Shown here one piece after another: positions 33,989 to 42,601 of a stretch of 59,801 nucleotides of DNA. A model generated the notes under the pieces. It saw only the letters and a program-made list of their open reading frames with translations. It was not told the origin of the DNA and made no database searches. Where the stretch lies: positions 1 to 59,801 of the IMG/VR virus record IMGVR_UViG_3300045988_116587. One strand, 5' to 3'. The stretch is from a virus. The stretch's first letter is position 1. Each line of letters opens with the position of its first letter. A program made the translations under genes and the position numbers.

Positions 33989-34366
33989 ATGACAGGATGG
34001 GTAAAAATTCACAGACAGATTATGGATCACTGGTTATGGAAAGAACAACCATATGATAAAGCAAGGGCTTTCATGGATCTTGTTCTTACTGCGAACAGAG
34101 AGGACAAAAAGAAAGTGATCGGAAACAATGTTTTTATGATCTATCGTGGAAGTTTTTTTACTACTTCAAACGAACTGGCAGAGCGTTGGGGATGGAGTCG
34201 CGGAAAAGTTCAGAGGTTTCTTGAGTTGTTGAAAAGGAACGATATGATCCAGACTTCGGTAATGCCTGAGGGAACCGTTGTTTCTGTTTTGAATTATTCA
34301 AAATACCAAGGAAACGGGAGAAAGAAAAAGGAAGAGCAGCAATTCAGTGGGTGGATGGAAGCATGA
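33989..34366 (+). CDS. DnaD-like / replication initiation winged-helix protein (start uncertain; tracked ORF begins 33824)
   Basis: GWVKIHRQIMDHWLW...FFTTSNELAERWGWSRGKVQRFLELL is typical of phage replication-organiser N-terminal domains. Confidence 0.55.
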   Translation: MTGWVKIHRQIMDHWLWKEQPYDKARAFMDLVLTANREDKKKVIGNNVFMIYRGSFFTTSNELAERWGWSRGKVQRFLELLKRNDMIQTSVMPEGTVVSVLNYSKYQGNGRKKKEEQQFSGWMEA

Positions 34367-35022
34367 CGAGAGACGAGACAAAAAAAATCCTTATGGCAAT
34401 ACAGTCTGTTTTCCCGAATTTTCATATTGAAAATAAGACGTTTACGCTGGATACCTGGAACATGATCTTACAGGACTTTAGATATTCGGATGTGGAAATG
34501 GCTTTGATAGCTTACGTCAGGACGGAAACCAGGGGATTCGCCCCGTCTCCTGGACAACTGATTGAGAAAATCAATCTAATAACTCGTCCAAAAGAATTGA
34601 ATGAGCAAGAGGCGTATTCAATAGTTCAACAAGCTGTCAATAGAAGCGGGTTGAATTATATGGAAGAATTTGAAAAACTTCCTTATTTAATACAAAAAGC
34701 TGTGGGTCGTCCAAGTCAACTGAGAGACTGGGCACTTGAAGAAAATCCGAATCATGAAGTCAGAGCTTCGAATTTCATGAGGAATTACAGGACGGAAATG
34801 GAAAGGCAGAAAGAAATTCAGAAACTTCCGGATGGAATAAAAGAACTTATCCGACAGGTGAACAAAAACTCTGAATCAGAAAGATTGGAAGATGTAAACA
34901 AGAGGATGATAAGTAAAAGTAAAGAAGATCAAAAGGTAGTAAATTTTCTTGAAACATCTGTCGATAAAATGAGAATGCCTGAAAAATTTAGAAAAAAAGT
35001 GGAGGAATTAAGAAATGGATGA
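34363..35022 (+). CDS. G39P-like helicase-loader / replisome organiser
   Basis: ATG 34363 overlaps the upstream stop. IQSVFPNFHIENKTFTLDTWNMILQDFRYSDVEMAL...APSPGQL resembles the loader/inhibitor of G40P family. Confidence 0.55.
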   Translation: MTRDETKKILMAIQSVFPNFHIENKTFTLDTWNMILQDFRYSDVEMALIAYVRTETRGFAPSPGQLIEKINLITRPKELNEQEAYSIVQQAVNRSGLNYMEEFEKLPYLIQKAVGRPSQLRDWALEENPNHEVRASNFMRNYRTEMERQKEIQKLPDGIKELIRQVNKNSESERLEDVNKRMISKSKEDQKVVNFLETSVDKMRMPEKFRKKVEELRNG

Positions 35023-35977
35023 AGTTGTTAGAGGATACAAAGTTTTCAATGAGGACTGGACATGTAGTCCGAGTGGAAATACAAAGCAATACACTTGTCC
35101 TGGGAAATTCGAAGAAGATATAACACCGGTAAGATGCGGACATGGGATGCACTTTTGCAGAAAAGCAGCAGACTGTTTTAATTACTATAGTTTTAATCCG
35201 AAAAATAAAGTAGCAGAAGTTATTGCGTATGGGGACATTATAGAATCGGGAGATAAATGTTGCACAAATAAGTTAGAAATCGTAAGAGAGATTCCGTGGC
35301 AGGAGCTTCTTACTATTGTAAACACCGGGGACAGGAACACCGGGGACAGGAACACCGGGGACAGGAACACCGGGGACAGTAACACCGGGGACAGGAACAC
35401 CGGGAACAGGAACACCGGGGACAGGAACACCGGGGACAGTAACACCGGGAACAGGAACACCGGGAACAGGAACACCGGGAACTGGAACACCGGGAACAGG
35501 AACACCGGGGACTGGAACACCGGGAACAGGAACACCGGGAACTGGAACACCGGGAACAGGAACACCGGGAACAGGAACACCGGGGACTGGAACAAATCTT
35601 CTTGTAATACTGGTTGTTTTAATACAGAAGAACAGAAGATTATGTTATTCAATAAACCGTCAAATATGACTTATAACGATTGGCTTGGATTGGATGCAAG
35701 ATATTTACTGAATCAGATACCAAAAGACGTTGTTGAATGGGTATATGAAGAAGATATGACCGATGAAGAAGATATGACCGATGAAGAAAAGTCAGCACAT
35801 CCAACTTATGAAACAACAGGCGGTTATCTCAGAGTGCTTGATGAATCTGAAAGTGCACAAATTTGGTGGGACGGACTGTCGGAAATTGATAAATCCACAA
35901 TAAAATCGATACCGAATTTTGACGGTGAGATTTTCGAAGAATGCACCGGAATTAAAATCATGGAGGTTGACGAGTGA
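35015..35977 (+). CDS. Pentapeptide-repeat protein (18 x NTGxx) with Cys/His N-terminal domain
   Basis: 320-aa ORF. Central NTGDRNTGDRNTG...NTGDWN run encoded by 15-bp tandem repeats. Also a tandem EDMTDE duplication. Confidence 0.8.
   Translation: MDEVVRGYKVFNEDWTCSPSGNTKQYTCPGKFEEDITPVRCGHGMHFCRKAADCFNYYSFNPKNKVAEVIAYGDIIESGDKCCTNKLEIVREIPWQELLTIVNTGDRNTGDRNTGDRNTGDSNTGDRNTGNRNTGDRNTGDSNTGNRNTGNRNTGNWNTGNRNTGDWNTGNRNTGNWNTGNRNTGNRNTGDWNKSSCNTGCFNTEEQKIMLFNKPSNMTYNDWLGLDARYLLNQIPKDVVEWVYEEDMTDEEDMTDEEKSAHPTYETTGGYLRVLDESESAQIWWDGLSEIDKSTIKSIPNFDGEIFEECTGIKIMEVDE
35321..35590 (+). repeat. 18 tandem 15-bp repeats (aacaccgg[g/a]ga/ac[a/t]gg variants), coding
   Basis: Read directly in lines 35321-35590. 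In frame inside the 35015..35977 ORF. Confidence 0.9.
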
Positions 35978-36049
35978 CCGAACAGGAAAAGGAAGATCAG
36001 GAACAAATCGAGTACCTGAGACAGTGGAAAGAAAAGAGGGAGAAGAAGC

Positions 36050-36295
36050 GTGAACACAGACGAAAAGTTAAATTATATGATCGGTTGTTTGCAGGTCGCA
36101 AAAGATGAATTAGATCACATGAGTGAAGATCTTACGTTGACGCCAGAAGACTACAGCGATGAACAGGCGGTAAGAAAATACCATGCTTATGTCGGAAGGA
36201 ACGGTATGCCGAATAAGTCACTGGTAACTGACAACCTGCGGAATGTCGCGAGAATGGCGTTCAAGCTTGCAAGGGAGATAGAACATGGACGATAA
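36050..36295 (+). CDS. Hypothetical protein
   Basis: Tracked 81-aa ORF with a GTG start after GGGAG. Confidence 0.5.
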   Translation: MNTDEKLNYMIGCLQVAKDELDHMSEDLTLTPEDYSDEQAVRKYHAYVGRNGMPNKSLVTDNLRNVARMAFKLAREIEHGR

Positions 36296-36392
36296 AGAGG
36301 ATCTGTCACTGGAACATGACTGGGAATGTGACAAAAAGTGTAATACCTGCGAAATGCAGGAACTGTGTGAAAAATTAGAAGAAAAAGAATAG
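36285..36392 (+). CDS. 35-aa Cys-rich acidic mini-protein
   Basis: MDDKEDLSLEHDWECDKKCNTCEMQELCEKLEEKE. Overlaps the upstream gene end. Confidence 0.35.
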   Translation: MDDKEDLSLEHDWECDKKCNTCEMQELCEKLEEKE

Positions 36393-36463
36393 GAAAGGAT
36401 CTTGGAAGCATCAAAGCACATGGAAGCAATCATGGAAATTATAGAGAAATACAAGGGGTAGCA

Positions 36464-36601
36464 ATGTTTGAAGAATTATATAAATTCATATCCAGATTGC
36501 ATTGCGGTATAAAGTTCATGCCGGAAAAGGATTTTAACGAGCTTTTATCTCGGTGCGACTGGGAGCAAAAGATTTATGCATTGTGCTTTAGATATTGGTA
36601 A
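36464..36601 (+). CDS. Hypothetical 45-aa protein
   Basis: ATG 36464 follows AAGGGG. MFEELYKFISRLHCGIKFMPEKDF... Confidence 0.35.
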   Translation: MFEELYKFISRLHCGIKFMPEKDFNELLSRCDWEQKIYALCFRYW

Positions 36602-36616
36602 ACGAGGAGAAAAATC

Positions 36617-36697
36617 ATGAGAGTAGCACTGATTGATGTAGACGGTCATAACTTCCCAAGCCTTCCGCCGATGAAATTGTCAGCACATCATAAATAG
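36617..36697 (+). pseudogene. 26-codon N-terminal stub ending in TAG; the following ~350 nt look like decayed coding sequence
   Basis: Strong RBS GAGGAG then MRVALIDVDGHNFPSLPPMKLSAHHK-TAG. Homology-like sequence seems to continue past the TAG but hits TGA 11 codons later. Confidence 0.4.
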
Positions 36698-37045
36698 CTT
36701 GTGAACGTTTCGAAGATTATAAAGTGTAGGTGATTGAGTGAGAGAAAAAGAATATCCGGATGCGACAATCGGAATTAATGATGAATGGCTTGAAAACTTT
36801 TTGGACAGGGAAGTTATACTTCCTAATAACAAAAAAGACAGTAAAATTATAAAAGAATTTTTAGAAGAAATTTCAACAGGAAAGGAATAACGAATGCCCG
36901 GTAAACCGGGTTGGTGCATAGTGAATAGCAGTGATGTACCGAAAAATTTCAACACCGTGGCTATAAATCCCGTCTTGGAAACGTGGCGGGATGTATAAGA
37001 GCAAACGAATGGTGATCCACGATACGGCAATCGTAGCGTGGTGTT

Positions 37046-37756
37046 ATGAAAGTATGTTGGTTTTCAACAGGAATAAGCAGTTTTGTAGCGTGTTATCTGG
37101 CAAAGGATGTGGATGAGATCATCTATACACATGTGGCGAATCAGCACCCGGATAGCCTGAGATTCTTACATGATTGTGAGAAACTGTTAGGCAGAAAGAT
37201 AACAGTCCTACAGTCTGATGAATACCGGGATGTGGACGATGTGATTGAGAAGACGAGATGCATCAACACTCCATTCGGTGCACCGTGTACCGAAAAGCTG
37301 AAAAAGAGAGTACGGATGAAATGGGAACGGGAACATCCAGATCACCATATCTATGTGTGGGGAATGGATGCCACCGAAAAGAACCGTGCTGCCAGGCTAG
37401 AAAGGACACTGACAGACTATGAGCACGAATTCCCACTGATTGAGCACAATCTGACGAAAGAGGAAGCGCACGGGATAGCGGACAAGCTGGGATTGAAGCG
37501 ACCGATCATGTATGACATGGGATATCGTAACAACAACTGTGTAGGCTGTATCCGCGGAGGAATGGGATATTGGAACAAGATCCGTGTGGATTTTCCGGAA
37601 GTGTTCGCACGAAGAGCAAAACAAGAGCGAGAAATCGGGCATAGCTGCATAAATGGAGTGTTCCTGGATGAATTGGATCCAACGAGAGGAAATATCAATG
37701 ATGAAGTCATGGAAGACTGCACGATAGCGTGTCAGCTTCTGACGTGGGATAGATAA
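37046..37756 (+). CDS. PAPS-reductase-like PP-loop ATPase family protein
   Basis: 236-aa ORF. N-terminal PP-loop-like CWFSTGISSFVA; later CVGC motif. Confidence 0.65.
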   Translation: MKVCWFSTGISSFVACYLAKDVDEIIYTHVANQHPDSLRFLHDCEKLLGRKITVLQSDEYRDVDDVIEKTRCINTPFGAPCTEKLKKRVRMKWEREHPDHHIYVWGMDATEKNRAARLERTLTDYEHEFPLIEHNLTKEEAHGIADKLGLKRPIMYDMGYRNNNCVGCIRGGMGYWNKIRVDFPEVFARRAKQEREIGHSCINGVFLDELDPTRGNINDEVMEDCTIACQLLTWDR

Positions 37757-37815
37757 TAAATCGGACAGCCGATTATCATTCGGTAGTCGGTTGTCGAGAA
37801 AGAGAGGAAATAATA

Positions 37816-38433
37816 ATGGCTAAATTTAATATTGAAGTCGAACTGGACTGGATGGACGAAGAAGCGTATTCCATAGATGATGAACTTAGACAGAGAATTG
37901 TTGATGGAGTGGAAAACGCACTTCTCGAAAAAGCAACAACCGAGGCTATACAGAAAGTAGACAAAGCAATTGCAGATAAGATTCTCGAAGCAGAAGAAAC
38001 GATTCAAGATACTGTAGACAAATTTGTTAAGACTGTATCGGAAGAAAAGATTGCAAATATCATGATTCCGATAAAAGCAAGTTCATGGAGTAGTGATGTA
38101 AAATACATTCCATTGTCTGAATATGTCGGAAAGAGATTCGAAGCATTTTCTACGGAAAAGAGATATGACAAGCACGGGAATACTTCCAACTATTCGAGCG
38201 ACAGAGTGTTGTCTATGGCAGAACTTCTTACAAGTAAATATCTTGAGAAAGAACTTGGTACAAAAGTGGAAAATATGATTGCTACTGCAAAAAGAGAAGT
38301 GGAAGAAAGCCTTGTGAAGTCACTGGAACAGAAGTTGAAAGAGAATCTTGCGAAAGAAACAATTGAGAGAATGAATATTCCTGATGTCTTGAAGAGGTTC
38401 AGTGAGATGGCACTTGAAGATAAAACGGAATAG
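37816..38433 (+). CDS. Hypothetical coiled-coil protein
   Basis: Tracked 205-aa ORF. Confidence 0.6.
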   Translation: MAKFNIEVELDWMDEEAYSIDDELRQRIVDGVENALLEKATTEAIQKVDKAIADKILEAEETIQDTVDKFVKTVSEEKIANIMIPIKASSWSSDVKYIPLSEYVGKRFEAFSTEKRYDKHGNTSNYSSDRVLSMAELLTSKYLEKELGTKVENMIATAKREVEESLVKSLEQKLKENLAKETIERMNIPDVLKRFSEMALEDKTE

Positions 38434-38450
38434 ATTGATGGAGAACGAAG

Positions 38451-38615
38451 GTGGGATGTAAGCGGATATGTATCGTAGACACAGGCATCCGGAAATGCTG
38501 TATGGAATGCGAGAAGCACGAAGAATGCAATATTCTGTGTGAAGATTTAGACCAATATGAATACATGGAAGAATGCCAGGATTATGTAAAGGAAAAAAGG
38601 ATATGGGAATGTTAG
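38451..38615 (+). CDS. Cys-rich 54-aa protein (paralogue of 40421..40588)
   Basis: GTG 38451 follows GGAG. CC-ECEKHEEC-x3-C-x2-LDQYEY-x3-C pattern is shared with 40421..40588. Confidence 0.45.
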   Translation: MGCKRICIVDTGIRKCCMECEKHEECNILCEDLDQYEYMEECQDYVKEKRIWEC

Positions 38616-39278
38616 AATGGGCGAAAAAAGAGATTGAAATTGCCAAAAAAAAGAGAGAAAGAGGACGAACCAGAAAGAGTGTTCAACTACGGCGCAATGT
38701 GCTATGCAAGCGCACTCAGAGCGTTTGAAAGCCTGGCGAAAGACGGTCACTCTGGTATGAGCATCGGATTCACGAAACAGATTTTGAACCGGTTGATCGA
38801 TGGAAAACCGCTGACACCGATCGAAGATACCGAGGACATGTGGAGCGAATGCTGGAAGAAAGAAGATAGCAGCGTAACGTACCAGTGCAAGAGGATGGGA
38901 AGCCTGTTCAAAGATGTGTATGAGGATGGAACGGTAAAATATCAGGACACAGAAAGAGCATATTGCATTAACATATCAGAATCAGATGCGCCGTACTACA
39001 ACGGATTTAACATGGGAATATACAATGAATTATTTCCAATCACAATGCCATATATGCCAGAGGACGGGCGCGATGTAATTATCTGCGATGAACTATTGAC
39101 AGATCCGAAAAATGACGATTATGACACGAAAGCCATTCTATATGTTAAAAGGGCGAACGGCGAAAGGATTGATATTAACCGGTATTTCAAGGAAACTGAC
39201 GATGGATTTGAAGAGATCTCCGAGGAAGAGTATCGGGAACGTGAAAAGATGGATGAGGAAAGGAGAAATCTGACATAA
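38603..39278 (+). CDS. Hypothetical protein interrupted by a net +1 frame change at A8 38645-38652 (tracked part 38634..39278)
   Basis: ATG 38603 frame gives MGMLEWAKKEIEIAKKK, then junk and a stop near 38730. The +1 frame continues REKEDEPERVFNYGAMCYASALRAFESLAKDGHSGMS... Confidence 0.55.
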
Positions 39279-39280
39279 GA

Positions 39281-39568
39281 ATGAGTTTTGAAGAAATCAT
39301 AGAAAAAACCGTGGAGCATTTGGAACTATTGAATGTGTATATAGTCATCATGCATTTGGAAGATGCTGAAAAAGTTGATTTGAAAGAATTCCCGGATAAT
39401 CTATATATCGTGGAAACGAGAGTGGCGGAACCCGGGAAAATTCTCTGCATCACAGACAAAAATCTAAGGAAAGAGCTATGGCAATACATCAAAGAGGGAA
39501 AAGTGAAGTATCGGAGAGGAGAGAAAAAACATGAGTGGCGAAGGAATGACATTAATCCAGAATGCTGA
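39281..39568 (+). CDS. Hypothetical protein
   Basis: Tracked 95-aa ORF. Confidence 0.55.
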   Translation: MSFEEIIEKTVEHLELLNVYIVIMHLEDAEKVDLKEFPDNLYIVETRVAEPGKILCITDKNLRKELWQYIKEGKVKYRRGEKKHEWRRNDINPEC

Positions 39569-39863
39569 CGGACTTTTTGAAGAGTACGATGGCACTTTTG
39601 ATATTACGATTCATTGTAAAACAGAAGAAGAACAGAAAAAGATTTTGGATATGTTAGAAAGATGGCAATGGGTAGCGTGTACTGAACAAGTTCCAGAAAA
39701 TGGTAAGGAAGTGCTTGCCTGCGATAAATACGGTGAAATGCTTATCGGTTGGATTCGCGAAGATTCCGAGACAGGATTTGCAGCCGAGAGCGATGACACG
39801 ACTATGTATGACTGCGTGGCTTGGATGCCATTGCCGGAAAGTTACGAGGTAAAAAATGGATAG
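39531..39863 (+). CDS. DUF551-like protein
   Basis: C-terminal pattern W..C.E.VPENGKEVL...YDCVAWMPLPESY. Confidence 0.6.
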   Translation: MSGEGMTLIQNADGLFEEYDGTFDITIHCKTEEEQKKILDMLERWQWVACTEQVPENGKEVLACDKYGEMLIGWIREDSETGFAAESDDTTMYDCVAWMPLPESYEVKNG

Positions 39864-40404
39864 AAAAGAAATAACAAAATTTCTGTCACAAGTCTTGGAA
39901 CACAGCGTTTTAAACAGTTTCGGGAAACATTACGCGAAAGAGGTGAGCATTGATCCGTGGGGATCAAATGCAAAAAGAGTAGATTATATGTTGTTTTCTC
40001 CAAATAACCAAATGTCTGTATCTGGGGTAGAAAAAGGAATATTCACGTGCTATGAAGTTAAAAGCTGCAAAGAAGATGTTTACAGTGGAAACGGGTTGAA
40101 TTTTTACGGTGAGAAGAATTACATAGTGACCACAATGGAATGTTACAAAGACATATTGCCAGATCTACGAAGTGGAAAATTTGACAGACATTTGCACGAA
40201 TGTAATCCGGAATCATCCGATTACTGGGGAATTATGGTGGCAGTACCATATATGAGAGAACCGGAGGATGAATTCCAGCAGCCAACTTCTATTGATGTAA
40301 ATGTAAGAACGTGGGTAATGAGAGTGGTAAAACCTTGTAGAACCGGTCCGAGAAAACGGTCCATGACAGAATTACTTTTTTGTATGTTAAGGAGCGGAAG
40401 ATAA
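39856..40404 (+). CDS. PD-(D/E)XK MmcB-like nuclease-fold protein
   Basis: 182-aa ORF. The RVDYMLF...CYEVKSCKEDV arrangement (D...ExK) resembles the MmcB-like family. Confidence 0.5.
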   Translation: MDRKEITKFLSQVLEHSVLNSFGKHYAKEVSIDPWGSNAKRVDYMLFSPNNQMSVSGVEKGIFTCYEVKSCKEDVYSGNGLNFYGEKNYIVTTMECYKDILPDLRSGKFDRHLHECNPESSDYWGIMVAVPYMREPEDEFQQPTSIDVNVRTWVMRVVKPCRTGPRKRSMTELLFCMLRSGR

Positions 40405-40420
40405 ATGAAGGAGGTGTGAT

Positions 40421-40588
40421 ATGAGGACTTGCAAAGAACAATGTACATTCGGACTCGAATACGATCAGTGTTGCATAAAGTGTGAAAAATATCCGGAATG
40501 CCCGGCGATATGCGATTTCTTGGATGAATATGAATTCACTGAAAATTGTCCGAATTGCATAAAAGAAAAGGATTGTGGAGAAAAATGA
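40421..40588 (+). CDS. Cys-rich 55-aa protein (paralogue of 38451..38615)
   Basis: MRTCKEQCTFGLEYDQCCIKCEKYPECPAICDFLDEYEFTENCPNCIKEKDCGEK. Confidence 0.45.
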   Translation: MRTCKEQCTFGLEYDQCCIKCEKYPECPAICDFLDEYEFTENCPNCIKEKDCGEK

Positions 40589-40878
40589 GAGTGATCAGTC
40601 AGGATGGATGCTACGATGTCCCTTATGAACAGGCTATTTTACTAGCAGATGATGGAGAAATCTGGGCTTTTACCTGTGATGCAAAGAAAGGTAGAATTGC
40701 CAGCTATTCAACACAAGAAAAAGCGATGAAAGCTATGGAAATGTGCCGAAATCGGTATCTTTCCAGAACAGAGTTACAAGGTGGTTTCAATGCATTGAAT
40801 GGAAGCTATGTGCAACCGAATATCTGGGTATTGCCAAGAGTTTTCCAATTTCCGCAGGATAATGAGGTAGAAGTATGA
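40585..40878 (+). CDS. Hypothetical protein
   Basis: ATG 40585 overlaps the upstream stop (ATGA). In frame with tracked ORF 40546..40878. Confidence 0.55.
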   Translation: MRVISQDGCYDVPYEQAILLADDGEIWAFTCDAKKGRIASYSTQEKAMKAMEMCRNRYLSRTELQGGFNALNGSYVQPNIWVLPRVFQFPQDNEVEV

Positions 40879-40927
40879 AAAATAAGATACTCAGCAAAGA
40901 AAACGGTGAAAAAAGTGAGGATAAAAA

Positions 40928-41383
40928 ATGAGTAAAGCGAAGAAGTGTGACAGATGCGGTAAGTTCTACGAGAAAAATGTGGTTATGAAATCGAAAGGTT
41001 CAGTTCTTGGAAGTACCATTGGAGGAGTCAATACAGCGACAAAAGAAGGAAAAACAGATGAACACTTCGACCTGTGCGATGATTGCATTAAGAAGCTGGG
41101 TGAGTGGATTAAAAAACAGAATTTGGACAGTAGGTGGATCCCCGTTAGTGTAAGATATCCAGACAACGCAAGAGAAGTATTGGTAACCATAAAGCGAACC
41201 GAAAACGGAAAATCCAGATATTTGATCGATAAAGCAAAGTGTATCCATGACAGATACACAGATAGAACAGTGTGGGATTCCTATGAGTATGGAGCTATAG
41301 GGATTTCAAACACAAAACATATGGAAGTTACCGCATGGATTGAATTACCGGAACCGTATAAGGAGGACACACAGGATGAATAA
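40928..41383 (+). CDS. Zinc-ribbon + DUF551-like protein
   Basis: CDRCGK...CDDC N-terminus. C-terminal WIPVSVRYPDNAREVLV...VTAWIELPEPY. Confidence 0.6.
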   Translation: MSKAKKCDRCGKFYEKNVVMKSKGSVLGSTIGGVNTATKEGKTDEHFDLCDDCIKKLGEWIKKQNLDSRWIPVSVRYPDNAREVLVTIKRTENGKSRYLIDKAKCIHDRYTDRTVWDSYEYGAIGISNTKHMEVTAWIELPEPYKEDTQDE

Positions 41384-41729
41384 AGAAAACGCAGACGGTA
41401 TCCGGGAACTGTTCGAAGATTTGAAGAGGGAAGCTGTTGAGGAATACAAAAGAGAACATGGGATCGGTTGGATCCCGTGTTCTAAGAGGATGCCGGAAGA
41501 ACGCCCCAGCATGTTTGCAAAATTAAAAGGAACAGATCGTTGGAGTATGTTAATGTTTGAAAAAGTATCGGATGAAGTGCATGTTACTATCGAAATTCCA
41601 GGAAAAGGAAGAATAGTAGATACAGCCAAAACAATTGACGGAAAATGGAAATGCGATGCACAAATTCTAGGTTCAGAAGCGAAAGTGGTAGCGTGGATGC
41701 CAAATCCGGAGCCGTATATGGGAGAATAG
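41376..41729 (+). CDS. DUF551-like protein
   Basis: ATG 41376 in frame with tracked ORF 41340..41729. WIPCSKRMPEE...VVAWMPNPEPY. Confidence 0.6.
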   Translation: MNKENADGIRELFEDLKREAVEEYKREHGIGWIPCSKRMPEERPSMFAKLKGTDRWSMLMFEKVSDEVHVTIEIPGKGRIVDTAKTIDGKWKCDAQILGSEAKVVAWMPNPEPYMGE

Positions 41730-41740
41730 GAGGAAGAATA

Positions 41741-42142
41741 ATGGTATCAAATCAGATTATTGAGATCTTAAATGAGATCTGTAACAAATTCGGTCTTGCA
41801 ATCGACTGGACGAGCAAGAACGTACAGCCGTATTTGCAGGAGCTGATAGCAAAATGCGTGGCGTATAAATTTGCAACCAGTATCATGTGGCTAATATTCG
41901 GGATTATTGCTTTCGCTATAGGAGGCGCGCTTGCAAAAATGGCAGTTGGTAGTTGGAAAAAATACAACGAAGAAGGACCATTATCCGATTACGATATCTG
42001 TGTAATACAATGTATTGCAAGCGGCATCCTTTTCATTTTGGGAATTGTCATGGTTGCATGCAACATTACCACAATGATCGCTTGTAAGACGTTCCCGGAA
42101 AAAGTGGTGCTGGATATGATAACCCAGTACATGAAAGGTTAG
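41741..42142 (+). CDS. Membrane protein
   Basis: ATG 41741 follows AGGAGG. Two or three hydrophobic segments. Confidence 0.55.
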   Translation: MVSNQIIEILNEICNKFGLAIDWTSKNVQPYLQELIAKCVAYKFATSIMWLIFGIIAFAIGGALAKMAVGSWKKYNEEGPLSDYDICVIQCIASGILFILGIVMVACNITTMIACKTFPEKVVLDMITQYMKG

Positions 42143-42146
42143 CAAC

Positions 42147-42314
42147 ATGGTGTCGATGATAATTTTTGGAATACTCACTATCGCATCAATCGTAGCTGCA
42201 CACAAAACGGTTGGTGAAAAGTATACATGCGAAGAGCATGCGGGATGTTGCCTTTTCCTGATTATATTCTTCCTGTTCTTTTTGTTTTCGATGGTGGGAT
42301 TTTTGAGAGGATGA
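42147..42314 (+). CDS. 55-aa membrane protein
   Basis: MVSMIIFGILTIASIVAAHK...CCLFLIIFFLFFLFSMVGFLRG, two hydrophobic segments. Confidence 0.4.
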   Translation: MVSMIIFGILTIASIVAAHKTVGEKYTCEEHAGCCLFLIIFFLFFLFSMVGFLRG

Positions 42315-42319
42315 GTGGA

Positions 42320-42601
42320 ATGAGATTGATCGATGTCGATGAAATTACAGATGGAGAAATCGTAAAATATCTTGGAAAAGAATATGGGTTTTGCGTTCCG
42401 GACGTCAGAGATTTACTGAAGGATCAGCCGACAGCGTTTTATGTAGAGAAGGTCATCGAAAAGTTACAAGTACTATCCGATAAGGCAGATGATGATATAG
42501 CTGTCTGTGAAGCGGATACGTGCCAGTATTATGACGGATACGGAGATGGACTGGATAGAGCCATTGAAATTATTAAGAGAGGTGGAAGAGATGAAGAATA
42601 A
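42320..42601 (+). CDS. Hypothetical protein
   Basis: ATG 42320 in frame with tracked ORF 42227..42601. Confidence 0.5.
   Translation: MRLIDVDEITDGEIVKYLGKEYGFCVPDVRDLLKDQPTAFYVEKVIEKLQVLSDKADDDIAVCEADTCQYYDGYGDGLDRAIEIIKRGGRDEE

Noticed and set aside
35321-35590. Regular 15-bp repeat array considered as a CRISPR or other non-coding repeat locus
   Set aside because: There are no spacers. The repeats are contiguous and in frame, and they encode an NTGxx pentapeptide-repeat domain within a 320-aa ORF.
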